A DNA stretch of 64,000 bases from Cirrosporium novae-zelandiae (Eukaryota). The notes under the pieces were generated by a model, which was not told where the DNA came from, ran no database searches, and saw only the letters and a list, made by a program, of their open reading frames with translations. Shown piece by piece: positions 62,386-64,000 of this stretch. A program made the translations under genes and the position numbers. The stretch is from the NCBI GenBank assembly GCA_026023565.1, contig JAPETS010000003.1:1178001-1242000 (forward strand), in the 5' to 3' direction. How positions within the stretch are numbered: the stretch's first letter is position 1; every line of letters begins with the position of its first letter.

Positions 62386-63532
62386 GCGGAGGTTTTCACG
62401 ACTTCTTTCTTTCTGTGACAGCGAAAAGCTGCACCGTTTTGGCTATTGTGTATGAACTTCAGGGCTTTGTATCAAAGTCAAAGGAATCAAGTGTTTCATG
62501 TTGTGGCTTGGTTTCGCCATTGCATTATTTCTGGCATATATGACTGACGCTCGGAGCTTTGCTTTGTGCAATACCTTTTTGTTTCATCGATCTCATTTTT
62601 TGCCGAGGGCCACCTTAATTACTAGATGGCTTGTCTCTATTAAAAGTTTTATTTATTTCTTTACTTTTTTTTCAATTTTATTCCAAACGGAGGCTTAGGT
62701 CTGCTCTGGCTCTGAAGGCTCAGAGTAAATACCCCCGGTTTGATAAAAAAAAAAGGGGGGGTGTTGGGGAACGTTGGCCTGCATCAGAATTTTTTGTACA
62801 ACAACTCTCTTGTACACTAGGTTGAATTATATGCCAGAAAGGAGAAGGTCCGTGGGATCATAATCTCAATTTGAAGAAGCTCTATGCCGTACCTCATGAA
62901 ACGTTAAAAGGAGTAGAAGGTTTTCATGGGTTAAAAGCAAGCGGCAATGTCTGTAGCGAAAAATGGAGTCGAATGGGGAGGAGTCTTTGTGAAAGTATCT
63001 AGGTAATGCTGCTTTGGAATAGTCTAGATAATGAATGATTTCAGTTTCGTACAAAACAGGCAAAGTGAAAAAAATACGTAGGGTCGAGATAAGGTCAAGC
63101 GAGTTTTGACCTGTCGAGAATTTTTGGAATTTTTTGCTTCGGTAGCTGTTGTCTGTTGTGCAAACTGAGGGTGGCTCGTAAATGGCCATATATTGCTTTT
63201 TGCAACATGTCTGTACAACGAGTTCACCAATATCTATTTAGGTAATGAATGAAACAGTTCAGGTGATAGGGCAATAACTATAAGAAAATAATTTCTTTAA
63301 TAGGCTTGAAAACCCAACCTCGTAATTAGCACTCAACTCTCTTCATCATTACTCACAGCCCAAAGCCCAACAATATTTGCTTAATTGACTCACACAGGTT
63401 TTTAATATTCCCACTCCTTGATTCTATTGTGTCTCATGTGTCTTTCTTAACCCATATTGCTTCGATCAGAGATAGCAAGGCGCCACACACAAAAGCCCAA
63501 AATCCTGATCACACTTAAACAATCAAATCACA

Positions 63533-64000
63533 ATGGCTGGTTGGTGTATAATTTCCTCCAATGTTGGCTCCATTGGCAGATTGATGACCACTTAATCATG
63601 AGGATTTGCTAACGTTTCTCAATGCTTAAGGTGCCGTCACACTTGGCTTAGACTCTACAACACAATCTCCGGAGCTTGGGGCCTCGCGATTCCAGCACGA
63701 CCCGCTCTCAGAAGACGATGGCGACCTGCATGAAGACAGAGATGAGAGGTCGTCTTCTGAGTCACAAACTCAAAATGAAATACCCCCGAATCGACTTGAT
63801 GATACAGACAACCTCAGTGGCAACCAAGAAATAGCAAATGATAGCTCACCTGAAGGCCCTCTTGCTAGAGACAAACAGAGGAAGACTGCATATTATGACT
63901 ACGCATCTGAGAAATCTTTAAGTCATGCTGAGGCCAGACTATTCTACCAGAGGCACCAGATGGAATCGAGAGCTTCTGAATCTGGATCATACAGTCCTTC
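63533..64000 (+). CDS. 5' end of a gene, probably AMP deaminase (partial)
   Basis: ATG GCT G|GTTGGT, GCTAAC branch point and AAG acceptor at 63630. The frame stays open to the window end with RKTAYYDYASEKSLSHAEARLFYQRHQ, which I recall from filamentous-fungal AMP deaminase N-termini. The catalytic domain is outside the window. Confidence 0.6.

Overview
Gene-dense, intron-containing genomic DNA from a filamentous ascomycete (Pezizomycotina), judged from short GT-AG introns with CTRAC branch points and the gene families present. It carries about 20 protein-coding genes or gene ends: PPX1, agmatinase, glutaminase GtaA, RanGAP, COX17 (absent from the ORF track), ALG6, NSR1/nucleolin, MRPL37, a Kelch membrane protein, a CCCH zinc-finger protein, PNGase A, YEA4, DNM1, a PEBP, ABP1, an F-box/Zn-finger protein and the probable 5' end of AMP deaminase. 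There is also an intron-containing tRNA-Ser(GCT), two MITE-like elements and two decaying pseudogenes. The best finding is a non-coding, heavily base-paired minus-strand locus (~23150 to 21763) with the layout of a fungal telomerase RNA: template-like AAAACCCUAAA, core-enclosing helix, U/A-rich pseudoknot, long arms, Sm-like site and terminal GUAAGU 5' splice site. Two other strong leads are a long NSR1 5'-UTR intron with repeated UGUGGG motifs, competing 3' splice sites and an overlapping uORF, and an unannotated tail-anchored protein with BNIP3/NIX-like mitophagy-receptor architecture. All calls were made by eye; no searches or folding programs were run.
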